Program-made: the position numbers and the translations under genes
Part shown: one piece after another, positions 1-14,085 of the stretch
Layout of the letters: each line of letters begins with the position of its first letter
How positions within the stretch are numbered: the first letter of the stretch is position 1
Assembly: GCF_006345805.1 (NCBI RefSeq)
Contig: NC_042999.1
Location: 4,526,001 to 4,590,000, forward strand
Length of the DNA: 64,000 nt
Source: Octopus sinensis
Lineage: Eukaryota
Direction: 5' to 3'
Notes under the pieces: generated by a model
Database searches by the model: none
The model's input: the letters and a program-made list of their open reading frames with translations, nothing else
Told to the model about the DNA's origin: nothing

Positions 1-120
1 TTTGAGGTCCACACCAAAGAATAGAGTAAAACACAAGTCAAATAAAGAAAATTTTCTTACATTTCTAGAGGGAAGACCATTGGGACCCACTGGAAGAGAA
101 CTGCTGTGTTAGAGTATCAG

Positions 121-540
121 GAAAATGCTTTGCAGCATTCATTCCTTCTCTTTACATTCTGAGTTCAAATCCCACTGAGATCAACTTTGCCTTTCATCCC
201 CACCCCCTCGACCAGGGCCAGCAATATAAGGTGCCAGTCAAGTACTGGGATCGATATAATTGACTAACCACTTCCCCTAAAACTGTCAGCCTTGTGCCAA
301 AATTTAAAGCTGTTATTATCAAGGTGGCTAACTTACAGAATTGTTTGTGAATCAGACAAAATGCTTAGCAGCATTTCTTCCAGTTCTTTACATTCTATGT
401 TCAAACGCCACCAAGGTTGACTTTGCCTTTCATCCTTTCAGTTCAATAAAATAAAGAACCAATCAAGTACTGGAGTTGATATAATCACTTTGCTCCCTCC
501 TTCAAAATTACTGGCCTGTGACAAAATTAGAAAGAACTAT
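121..540 (+). mobile_element. Two tandem degenerate SINE-like repeat fragments
   Basis: The block gttcaaat...caactttgcctttcatcc...agtactgg...ggccttgtgccaaaattt occurs twice here and recurs at 6940-7100, 8220-8400 and 47280-47620. Confidence 0.6.
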
Positions 541-1047
541 TATTGTTGTTGTTATAGTTGTTATTTATGGCATACTGGTTAAAAATTGCTACAAAATTAT
601 AAATTTTAATTAAATTATTTTGTTTATGAAAAATATCCTCCAAACCCTAATAAGGCAATGCATTTTTAATTTAAACATGCACACACAAATAATTTATTCA
701 TTAATCATACATCCTCACAGGAATTACTTTCACAGTCTCTCCCACTTGGTCGGGCATAAGACCACTCTGCCACTCTTCAAATTATTGGTAAGGAGAAACA
801 AGAATTCACGCTTCTTCCCTTCTCTCCAAGCCATAGAAACAAGACATGAAACCATTCCAGGCAGCAACCAAAATCAAATAATGAACACCATTTGCTGAAA
901 TAATCCATCACTATTTCAGCATTGTCCAAGTTAATTGTAAGAAATTAGTCAATAATTGTACACAAGACTGCAATGCCTTGTGAAGCTGGTGCTTGGCTTT
1001 TAATTCTGTTATAGTAAGCAAACAAGTAATACACCTCCCTCCCTCTT

Positions 1048-1105
<58 letters not shown>

Positions 1106-1143
1106 TTGATATATTATATATATATATATAGATCTATATATAT

Positions 1144-1198
<55 letters not shown>

Positions 1199-2167
1199 TA
1201 CAGTACCATTCTATTAAAGCATTCCCAGCCAATTTTGTATATGTTTCCCTACCTATATATATCCAGTGAGATTATATAAAACTGCCTGAATAGTTAACTA
1301 TGTAAATCATGCTAAGTAGTGAGTGTTTTAGAAAGCTAATGCATTTGACAAATATAATAGAAGCCGTGTAAGAGTGCAGAGAATCTTTACATGTACTCTT
1401 ATTGGTTATGTATGCAGGCATCCTTCCTATAATAATGTCAAAAGTGTCAGACCTAAAGAGTATTTAGCTTCCTTGCTAAAGGTAGGAGAAGGAAATATGT
1501 CATATTATTGGTGATTCATGTAAGGAAATGAATATTTTAGACAATAATATTGTGAACTTATTGTAGACAGTGCTCAGGTGTGCTACAACTCACCAGAAAA
1601 AGTAGCCAAAAGTGCATGAACAGTTCATAGAATAATGCACAGGAAGTGGGCAGTGATATTTCTAAATACAATATTAGTAAACTATTATTGAAGATAATCT
1701 TATAATGGATTTAATTAGGAAATGAAAAATTTATAATAAAAACCTATTTCATTATCATGGTCATTTGGTCATTAGAAACAATTATATTCAAATAAGCTAC
1801 AAAATATTAGTTAGACCTGATATAACCTAAACAGATATCTCATAATACTCAAATAATAATGTTTTATGTATATATGTGTGTGTGTATGTATATATTTAAG
1901 TTGTATTTGAAATTAAAGTTTCTGTAGGAGACTTTAAGGTGTAGTATCCAAACCTTGTTTTGGGAATGTCCCTTGTAGTGTGCCTGCAGAGCACATTCAC
2001 CACTTGCCAGGCATCATCCAGCATAGTGCACTTAATTATTTAGAATATATATATATATATATGTTTTTTATGTTCAATTATTATAAAAACACATTTACAT
2101 AAATCTGATGGGTTACTCTATAGTTTTGTTGAGTACAAATTTATTATTCTTAAGCAAGAATGTTAAT

Positions 2168-2246
2168 GACAGGGACTTCGAAGTTCCAATCAGTTAAGTC
2201 ATTGTTGGATGATGGCTTAACTGGCCGAAATTTCGAAGCCACTTTC
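2168..2246 (+). ncRNA. Pre-miRNA-like hairpin (candidate)
   Basis: Continuous 16-bp upper stem (2190-2205 with 2209-2224), a small internal loop, then a roughly 10-bp lower stem and a basal extension. G-U pairs favour the + strand. The context is non-repetitive. Confidence 0.4.
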
Positions 2247-2296
2247 AATAATTTTCTTGTTTAAGAATAATGAATAAACAAATACATATATATATA

Positions 2297-2329
<33 letters not shown>

Positions 2330-3158
2330 ATATATATATATATATATTATATATATATACTATATATATATACACATATATATAAATACACATATATAAA
2401 TATATATATTATATATATATATATATAATTTTAAATAGTTTTATGATATATTGTTCATTTTTTAGTTAGCTTGCAAAATAGTAGTGTTAAAAATTGGTTT
2501 ATGTAGCTACATAGATAAACTGAAAGATATTAATCTCTCGAGGGTGTTCTACAAATAAATTCGAGTTACCTGCCATGTCATTTGGGAAATGTTAAGTGCT
2601 GTTTCTGGATAAACACCATTAGTTATTTTAGATTTACTGAAATCAATAAACGTAAACCACATGACAGAAATTATTTGAGTCACTAGTATCTTATACATAA
2701 TAAAAAGAAGAAAAACCGTGAGAGAGAAAGAAAACGAGGCTAATGTAATATAAGCATGAGAAAGCTATGAGAGTATTGACCAAAAATTAAGCTGATGTAA
2801 ATGAACGCAAAAAGAAGAACACCCCATGACTATTGCCATTTCTTGTTACTGTTTCTAAATATGGAAGACAAAGAAGAAGAAGAAAAAATATATAAAATAT
2901 TTTTGTAATATGTTCTCTTGCATTTTCATAATATTCCTGCCAAAATGTTCAATGTATTGTTTAAACTCTGTCAGTTGGGTTTTTTTTTATTCTTTTTTTT
3001 TTGTTGTTTTCAAGAATTTAAACTGAATTAAAGAAAATAAGCTAAACACTAAAATTTGAATGAAAATAATTTGATTGCCATAACATATATATTTATACGT
3101 ATGTGTATGTTTGTATGTATATATAATATATATATATATACATACACACACATAATAC

Positions 3159-3198
<40 letters not shown>

Positions 3199-3249
3199 CA
3201 TATACATAAATATATATATCATCATACATATATATATATATATATAATA

Positions 3250-3321
<72 letters not shown>

Positions 3322-4384
3322 GTATATGTATATATTATGTATATATATTTATTGAGAAGTTCAGTATTATTCTTGTGCTAAACACATATTCACTGAAAAG
3401 TTTCTTTTTGACTTTGATTTACTTCTCAAAAAAGAGAAAAAAAAAATGCAGAATGCAGCAAAGGCAAAGTAAATAATTTCCATAATCTTACAAAAACTAT
3501 TTGAAACTTTCACAATTTCTGATGTTAAAAGAATTCTTCGCCAAATATTTTGGTAGAAAAAATGAAACAATGACATAGCTAAGAATTTCTTGTCAAAACT
3601 TACCTCTTACCAAAACTTACCTTTTAGAAAGGGGAGATTTATTTCATAAATCCTGACAGGTTAATAGAAGAGATTCAGTGTTGATAATTCTCTCTGTTTT
3701 ATCTTTATTATGAAGAAAATATAGTTAATAATATGAGATGATTAAAAAAACAGAAACTAGGAAATTTTCCTAACCAACAAACAACTAGTGGTGTGTTCTA
3801 TGTATCTATTTTATATCATCTGGTCTACTTGATGATGTTCCTGATCTACTCTAATCAGGGAATATATGCATGTAAGAAAAAATATATATACATATATATA
3901 TTCATATACATACACAATATGTGTGTGTATGTATATATATATATGTGGAATTTCCAGTATGCTAGGGGGTATATGAGTGCTTGTGTGTTTATACACTCCT
4001 TTTTATTAATTCCATTTCTTCTTCTTCTCTTCAGGCCAATCTTCCCCCATACTCAATCAGCCTGTTTTGCCTGACATTTCTCTGTGACCCTTTTTTTTTT
4101 TTTTGTTATACCAAAATTTCAGAAAGAAAAAAAATTCTACCGTGAAATGATTTCCCCTCATCCCCCCACTTCCCACACCCCCACCAAAAAAAAAATAATA
4201 AAATGAAATAAATAAAATAAATATATATAAAGAAATGACATATTTTTATCACTTTTAAACTTATTCCAGGTTGTTGTGAGCGCATTGACCATGCGAGATT
4301 TGTAAATGTGCAGTGTTGTGCAAAAGAGAGGATGAAAGAGAAGCCATGAGTGCACAACCTAAATGCAGTTGTAAATGGGACAAT

Positions 4385-5760
<1,376 letters not shown>

Positions 5761-7139
5761 TATATTATATCTACTGGCACAATTTTAAGCAGTTGAAAGA
5801 TAATTTTTAAAATCTTTCAAACTGTAAAAAAAAATAATAAAATAAATAAAATAAAACCAAAAATTTATTACCTCTTTTTTATCTAAATTATGAAAATTCA
5901 ACATTAATTTCTGTCTATACTCATTTTTTTTTATTATTCAAATTCAGTAAAATCGTATTTTTAACAAATAATAATAATGATGATGATGATGATAATAATA
6001 ATAATAATTACTATTGCTATGATGTTTTTTCCCTCTATAACATTGCAACATCACATTATAAGATTCTTTAAAATGAACTACTTTATTTAAAATAATAAAA
6101 TTCAGGAAATTCAATATTTTTCTTCGTCTCTTTGTTTTTTAATCTCTCTCTCTCCTTTTCTCTCTCTGTCTATGTTTATCTCCCCCTCTCTCCCCCTTTC
6201 CCGCTATCTATACATACATGATATATATATATATATATATATATATACCTCTCTTGATTTTTCTCTCTATATGTATATAAGTGTTCCTCTCTCTCCCTCT
6301 CTCTCCTCTCTTTCTCTCTCTCTCTCTCTCTTTAATAAAATCCGGTTTGTTTGTTTTTGTATTTCTTTTTCCTTCAATATGAGATCGTGGACAGAAATGC
6401 TTTCTAGGTGACTTCACATTCTTTTGTGGACACAATTCATTATAATTCATTATATTTTTGATGTTTCAACATCAAAAACTGATTCTATTTGAAAAATAAA
6501 ATTGAAATTTTATTCGAAAAAAATGTATTTTTGATTTTGTTTTTTTTTTATATATTTTTCTTATTACATACAAGCGAAGAACAAGAACAAGAACAAGAAC
6601 ATTGGTGTAATAGAATTGCATTTTGTCATTTCAATCAAATATAAGCAGCCGAGAATTAAAGAAAATAATGAATTAATTACACCATCAACTTAAAATTTAT
6701 TGTCACTCATTAAGACACATCACAAGTCATTAAAACTGCTTATCAGGAGATTTAATGAAAGAGAATTATTCAATTTGCTCTGTGTTCATCCAACCTGCTA
6801 GAAATAGCAGACAAAGCCGTCCATCCAATCATACCATTGGTTAAGGTAATACCTAGAACTTTTAGAATTCAAGTGTCCTTTCTTTTCTTAAATCATACTT
6901 CCTATTATAGGCACAAGGGGAAAGGGGGGGGCAGTCAATTACATCGACCCCAGTGTTTCACTGGTACTAAACTTATCGACCCCGAAAGAGTGGAAGGCAA
7001 AGTCAATCTAGGGCAGAATTTGAACTTAGAATGTAGCGCTGGGCAAAATACCGCTAAGCATATCATCCAATACGCTAACAATTCTGTCAAGAAGAAGAAG
7101 AAGAAGAAGAAGAAGAAGGAGGAGGAGGAGAAGACTGGA

Positions 7140-8095
7140 AGTACAAAGTACTATGATTAAGTGATGATAAATCCTGAAATAAGTTAAACAGTAAAGAAAC
7201 AAAGAAATTAGTATCGCAACATCCGCTGAAAAGTTTGGATCTGAGAGCAGAGGTGGAAGGGTTTTTAATTGCAGCACAAGACCAAAGCCTCCACACCAGA
7301 AACCACCAAAAACAGATAATGAAGAAAAATACAAGTGACTGCAGAATATGTAGTGAGAGGGAAGAAACAATGCATCGTATTGTCTCTGATTGCCCAGCCC
7401 TGGCCAAGAAGGAATACATCCAGTCAAGAGTAGAATTGGGACCAAGATATATTGGCAGCTGTGCCAGCACTCTGGAATGACAACAGTAAAAAATGGTATG
7501 AGCATGTCCCAGAAAAGGTCTTGAAAATGACAAAGCAATCATATTCTGGATATGCTGATAGACACAGATGGAAGCACTCCATCGGTTACGACGGCGAGGG
7601 TTCCGGTTGATCCGATCAACGGAACAGCCTGCTCGTGAAATTAACGTGTAAGTGGCTGAGCACTCCACAGACATGTGTACCCTTAACATAGTTCTCGGGG
7701 ATATTCAGCGTGACACAGAGAGTGACAAGGCCGGCCCTTTGAAATACAGGTACAACAGAAACAGGAAGTAAGAGTGAGGGAAAGTTGTGGTGAAAGAGTA
7801 CAGCAGGGATCACCACCATCCCCTGCCGGTGCCTCGTGGAGCTTTGGGTGTTTTCGCTCAATAAACACTCACAACGCCCGGTCTGGGAATCGAAACCACG
7901 ATCCTATGACCACGAGTCCGCTGCCCTAACCACTGGGCCATTGCGCCTCCACAGATACAGATAAAGAGATTAAGATTAATATGCCAGGTATTGTCAGGAA
8001 CCAACAAGAAAAAAAAGGCCTTTTAATCAACATGTCAGTCACAACAGATGATAATATATCCCTAAAAGAAATGGAGAAACTCTTGGAAAGCAAAG
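7140..8095 (+). mobile_element. Decayed R4/Dong-like (RLE-clade) non-LTR retrotransposon C-terminal fragment, split by a SINE
   Basis: DLRAEVEGFLIAAQDQSLHTRN...CRICSEREETMHRIVSDCPALAKKEY (CCHC knuckle) ...WDMLIDT. The sequence resumes after the SINE as TDKEIKIN...LLINMSVTTDDNISLKEMEKL. Confidence 0.8.
7570..7950 (-). mobile_element. Full-length tRNA-derived SINE
   Basis: The minus-strand head ggaggcgcaaTGGCCCAGTGGttagggcagcgg...GGTTTCGATTCC carries A and B boxes. It is flanked by duplicated ACAGAT. Confidence 0.85.
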
Positions 8096-9005
8096 TTTAA
8101 TCAAGCTAATTCACTGATACTTTTTAATAGGCCCCTGGAAGGCAGAAAGGTCATATAAATCTCAGCAGGATTTGAACACAGAATGTAAAGTCTTCATTAA
8201 AAAAAGTGTTTCAATGTTTAACACAAGGCCAGTAATTTCAGAGGAGGGGGTAAGTTGATTATATCAACCCCAGCGTTCAACTGGTACTTAATCTATTGAC
8301 CCTGAATGGATGAAGGGCAAAGTCAGTCTCCCTGGAATTCAAACCCAGAATGTAAAGATGAACAAAACACTGCTAAGCCTTTTGCCTGATCTGGTAACAG
8401 TTCTGAGAGCTCCAGGCCTTAACTTAACTGATTATTACAAAGCATTTTGTCTAACAATTGTACAAATGACAAATCATATCAGCTCTGCTCCTTGTAAAAG
8501 GCATTAACAGCTTATTGGAGACAGTTGCAAAGGCAAATGAAATCCCTGCATTTACTGTTGCTAATAGACGTGAAGTCTACGGATTCAGGAACTTTATCTA
8601 AGAATATGTTGTTTTAGAAACCTGAGTATGGAAATGATTGCTTACTTTACAACCACCTGGTTTCAGGTTCAATCTCACAGTTTGGTGCCTTTTGGAAAAT
8701 GTTTTTAATGTGTGTGTGTGTGTGTGTGGGTGTGGGTGGGTGTGTGGGTGTGGGTGGGTGTGTGGGTGTGGGTGGGTGGGTGTGTGTGTGTGCATATAGG
8801 TAAAATAGACAAACGGAATGAGTAGAATTGGGCAACAAGAGAGATTACAACAGATACAACAAGAGGTGACAGACAAAACGTAGACACAAAAAAAACTAAC
8901 TTAAAAAGTTGTGCCCAATGAATTGCACAGCAAAAACAAGGAGAAAGAAAAGAAGGAGATTGAGGTGTCAGGTGAACCCTTTACCAAAGTAGAATAAGAA
9001 TTAAG

Positions 9006-9042
<37 letters not shown>

Positions 9043-9147
9043 GTATAAAATGGGTGAACACATGCTTGTATGTATACATATTCAAGTATATGTATGTGTA
9101 TGTGTGATAATTGCTTTGGGTAGCTGATTTTGGTATCCTGATATATA

Positions 9148-9380
9148 CAAAAATCCCTCAACCATCGTGGGTGCTACGTTCCAAATACACACACACACCC
9201 CTGGCGATTGGTGAAAATCCCCGAAGTAGAAACAGCACTGCACTGTATTTTTTTATTATTTTTATAATTTGTATATATTTATTTTTTATTATAAATGCAA
9301 AACAACACCAACGAGGAACCGACGTAAGCTTAAATGATAAACCGCGATAGGTGAACCGCGATATGGCAAGGAAAATACTG
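9148..9380. mobile_element. Tigger/Tc1-like MITE inserted in the 5' LTR
   Basis: Ends caaaaatccctc and ggaaaatactg follow a TA. Homologous to the fragment at 61164-61247 (cagtaatccctc...). Confidence 0.6.
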
Positions 9381-10528
9381 CACATACAACTCTCAAGGGA
9401 AGTCTCGTCTAACCACGTGGCAATCATGAGACGAGAGATGAACGAGCTGGCAGCCAAAGAAGGGTCGATACCACTACACACATGGATAATGATGCTAGGA
9501 ATTGTACAACATGACCTTCGGAAGTGAGCTGTTTAACTTGCAGTTACGAATATTCAGTATATTTTGAAGCACAACATATGGCGAGAGGATGACATCCGGA
9601 AGAGATTTAAACTTGGAAGAATCTAACGCCTGGCAGACAACAGTTCGAAGCCAAAACGGAATGCGACGGAGTTGACGATGTCTAAAAGAAGCCAACATTT
9701 TTTTTTCTACCTGCGGAGTTGAAGCCTTAATGAAGTTAAAAGATGTTTTTTTCCAGGTAAGTCTTTAGAACGCAACGTACCGACAAATAATTAATGCATT
9801 GCAACAATTAATAAAGCCGAGACTATTAATTGTGGACAGGTTAAAATTATTGGAACTAAAGCAACTAGAAGGTGAGTCAGTCAATAACTTTCGGTTATTC
9901 TTAGGATTAATTCTCAAGCTTCCTTCTGTCATTTGAATAAGTTGAAAGAACCTTGTCTGGTGGAACTGACAATAACCTCTAATAGCGGCGCCCGAGCGTG
10001 GGCCACGCCGTCTGATCCTCGCCACTGGATCAATTCCTCAGCATATTAAACGTGCAGAGCATCGCAGTTCTGCTAAGCAGCCTCATATCCATCGTAGAGT
10101 CGGAAATACTGTTTGCGAGTGGTCGACAAACAATTACAAACTTTAATGTCAACAAGAATACCCGCAGTCGTGAGGTTGTAGTGAAATGTCGAAATTGTCT
10201 GCGTACACACAAAGCTCGTGTGTATCCAGCATATGGGGAAAATTGTAATAAAAACGGCAAATTAGGGCATTTTGCAAGATTTTGCCGATCTAAGAATGAT
10301 CATCGTGTGGACAACATAAATGTATTTCCAAGCGAGACTGAATCTGTCGACAGTTTGTTGCTAAAGATGAACAACAACGAGAGTGCAGATAACACGGGGT
10401 TTTGTGTTGTAGAAATAAGCATTGATATGCAAGTGGATACTGGGGCAGCTTGTTTGATAGTCCCGTTATCATTTGTTTCACAGTTAGATATCCCAACTGA
10501 ATCATACCACAATAGATTAACCATTTTT

Positions 10529-10942
10529 GATCTTTTCGGTTTGAACAGCAGTTTTTTAAAATAATTTCCACGTAACTAAACACTTTTAAATTTCGTATAC
10601 TGGTAGAATGTGTTCATAAAACATCTTTTTCTCTTGACTTTATTGAGAAAATTCTATAGTTTGTAAGGTATTTGTTGTTGTTTTTTCTTCAATTTCTACA
10701 ATTTCAACCAATCAATGACGTCTATTGAGGTAAAAAAAAACATTCTGTGCCGTATGAATATGTCCCTCGTTTAAGAAACAGATTGGGTTTATTTACATTT
10801 CTGAAGAAAAAAAGATACCCTTCCCCCACCCCTAACCCTAAACCAGATTGAAATGCAATAGATCGATACTAGGGTCATAATTATGGGTGACAATTTCATA
10901 TGACACCGCTAGAAAAAACTGCCGTTCAAACCGAAAAGATCC
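10529..10942. mobile_element. Mutator-like MITE with about 28-bp TIRs and 9-bp TSD, inside the Gypsy protease
   Basis: TIRs gatcttttcggtttgaacagcagtttttt and aaaaaactgccgttcaaaccgaaaagatcc. TSD ACCATTTTT at 10520-10528 and 10943-10951. Confidence 0.85.
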
Positions 10943-13727
10943 ACCATTTTTGATGGTTCAGATCCAAAGGTTGTTGGATCAATACGAGTGACATTTAAAT
11001 TCAACAACACCAAGGACTCTTGTAAAGTTATTGTGATTGATAGCCCATACTCTTTGGGGCTGATTGGAAAATATATTATTAAAGACTGTTTGTTTCAATT
11101 TAAACATGGATGTGTTAGCAGACCTTAAGGTTTTGTAGATCGAGTTAACTGCTCTGATGCGAGATATAGCGGGATGAGTTCAGCGAAACACGTTCCATTA
11201 CATTTTGAAAGGGAAGTAAAAGATGAGTTAAAGAGGTTGGAAATGATGGGTACCATCACACCATCGGATTACTCTGGAGTCAGATGTGCCTCACCTGTGG
11301 TATGGCTGAGAAAAACAGACGAATCTCTTCGCATGTGTGTCGATTACAAGCCTCATTTAAATGCACGTATTGACACTTGTTCTTTTCCCATACCATCAAT
11401 CGATACCATCTTCTCCGGTATACCAGGTGCAAAATTTTTCTCCAGTCTCGATTTAAAGCATGCGTATTGACAAATACTTTTAGCGGTGGAAGCAAGACAG
11501 ATTTGCGCTGTTAATACAACCAATGGTTTCTGCCTGGTTAACAAACTTCAAATGGACCTTAAGAATTCGAGTGGCATATTTCAGAACTGCATGGAAACTC
11601 TACTAAAAGAGATCGAAGGAGGCAGGGTATACCAAGATTATAGCCTCATTTATACTAGTTGTAAAGCAATATTGACGAGCAGAGAAAATGCGGTGGTTGT
11701 AAGACTAACAAAGAAAAGTCATTCTCCAGAAGAAGAAATTTAACTTTCCTGGGAATGAATATATCTGAAGAGAGAATTTCTCCATCGCAGGAATTCGTAG
11801 CAAAACTAAAGGATATACAAGTACCAAAATCGAAGGAATTTATTGACAAAATATTCGGTCTGACGAATTACTACGGAAGATTTGTCCCGGCGTATGCTGA
11901 AAAAATAGAACCACTCTCATCAGCTAGATCTAAAGAATTTAAGTGGGGTAAAGTGCAAGATAAGGCCTTCCGTATGATTATCACTCGTCTTTCGGAGGCT
12001 CCAGTTTTGCAACCGTACTCAATGGTGATGAGAAGCAATCTCTCCCTCTCTCTCTGTAGATGCATCCTTTGTTTGCAGGAGCTGGGGTGTTATCCCAGAC
12101 AGGACACCCGGAAACATTCATAAGCCACACCTTTAGCCAGGTACAATGAAATTGGTCGAACATAGAGAGAGGAGGGGCTTATGCAGTGGTATGATACGTG
12201 GATAGCTTCGGCATTTCCTTCTGGGAAAGCAGTTTTATTTGGAAACAGATCACCAGCCTTTAAAAACCCTGTTCGCGAAGAATTTAGATGTATCTCGATT
12301 TGCTTCGCAAACAAGAAAAAAAAAACAGCCGAGTGGAGTTTGATTCTGTCACAGTACGATTTCGTCGTTGAACATGTTCCGGCTAAAAGTATTCCACGCG
12401 TCGATGCCTTCTCTCGATTGCGGTATAATAAGATTAACGATGGTGATATAATATTCTTTGCTTCGCATTGAGACAAATGCAACAGCGCGTGGCAGGACAT
12501 CGGTCCCGTAATGATGGAAGGCATCCGAAAACAACTAGATGCAAATACATTATATAACAAAATAAAAAAAAGGAATTTTACATCAAAATTGGAAATTGGT
12601 CTCTAATCTGGAACGTGCATTTGTTAAAGAGTTTTTGTGTTAAAGCCATCAGGAAGCGTCGATGCTTCCTAGGGCTAAACAGCGGTGGTGTAACCCCCTA
12701 CTGTCACGTTCACGTTAAATTGACAGTATACAACCATTCTATCGCCCCACCACCGTACATATCTCTATGAGATATTTAGAAATTTAATATTTCTGAAAAT
12801 GACTTAATATATCATAAAAATAGTCTTATAGAGTCGCATTATTAGCTAAAATACAAGACACAAACATGGGTTTTGAACAAACAAGAAGGCACGACTCTGT
12901 GTTTGGTTGCCTGGGTTGGCTTACTCGGTGGTGAAGTTTGTATGCCAGAGAGTTAGACAAAATTTAGTAAAGGCAAATGATTCATGGCCTATTTTTAGGC
13001 CCTGGGAAAGTGTGCATATGGATTGGGCATATGTTCCAAACATTGGTGACGTATTTGTAATTGTAGATGCCTGTTCAACATAGATCAAGGCATTCTTGTG
13101 TCCTAATCGCTCAACTGAATCGGTAAAAAAAAAACAAGCCGCCCGAGGTCTTCGCTCGTTTTGGTGAGCCAACAGCTTTAGTATCGGACAACGGGCCTGA
13201 ATTTGTTGTATTAAAGAACATGTCATCAATGGATTGGAGAAAAATTGAGACACCTGCTTACAGTTCGGCATTGAAAGGGCCGTAGAAAGTGGGAAAGCTG
13301 CACTGAAGCATGTTAGACAAGGTTGCATCCAAGGCAGAATGCGATACATGTCGGAAAGAATATTGCATGGATTAAGGAAGAGGGTCGCCCACTGCAGTCA
13401 GTGGCAGTTGAGCAACTGGCCTCGCTAAACATACGGAAACCAGAATTGAGCGCAACTCCTGGCACAATTGTTCATCCATGAGTTTGCAAGGATGCCTAAC
13501 AGTAACTATATCAAGTCCCCAGGCCAGGCGTGACGCCAACACCGGAGTTATAGAAGTGGAGCGGCCTATTATTGACAATAATAGCCGTCGAAGATCGAAC
13601 ACGAAAATTTCAGCAAGTCCTCAACTGAGGCGAAGTGCACGAATTGCGGCAGGATGTAAAAAGCCAAAACGTTTCGAGGAGGAATAATGTGATAGTTGCT
13701 CTGGGATTGCTGATTTTGGTATCCTGA

Positions 13728-13749
<22 letters not shown>

Positions 13750-13761
<12 letters not shown>

Positions 13762-14053
13762 CAAGTTATCACTCACCTCACCAACAACAACACTGAACAC
13801 CTTTTTGATCTCCATGTGTCTAACACACGTGGATATGCCTACAAAGTCGGAGGGCAGCACAGCTCCCGTGACTTTCGGAAACATTTTTTCACGCTCAGAG
13901 TTGCTGAAGCATGGAATAAACTGCCTGCGTCGGTTGTTGACTGCCATGACACAGCATCCTTTAAGGCCCTCATGCTTTCCGAAATCCGCCGAAACTACAC
14001 CTGATTATATATACACTTTAGATGAGTTGTAGTGCACCTGAGCACTGTACACA

Positions 14054-14065
<12 letters not shown>
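13750..14065 (+). mobile_element. CR1-clade LINE 3' end inserted in the 3' LTR
   Basis: TRGYAYKV..RKHFFTLRVAEAWNKLPASVV..SFK motif followed by an (ATT)n tail. Confidence 0.8.

Positions 14066-14085
<20 letters not shown>

Noticed and set aside
721-900. Possible exons (+ strand 721-787; - strand ...HYLILVAAWNGFMSCFYGLERREEA*)
   Set aside because: There is no recognisable homology, and I could not choose a frame or strand or find partner exons.
1040-1105. (CT)n(AT)n(AG)n hairpin
   Set aside because: This is trivial self-complementarity of simple repeats.
4270-4360. Exon-like island (+ strand [26 protein letters not shown]; an acceptor also exists on the - strand)
   Set aside because: It is plausible on both strands with no family match, so the support is insufficient.
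7880-7950. tRNA gene (also other SINE heads)
   Set aside because: The A and B boxes continue into SINE bodies present in many copies, and there is no complete cloverleaf.
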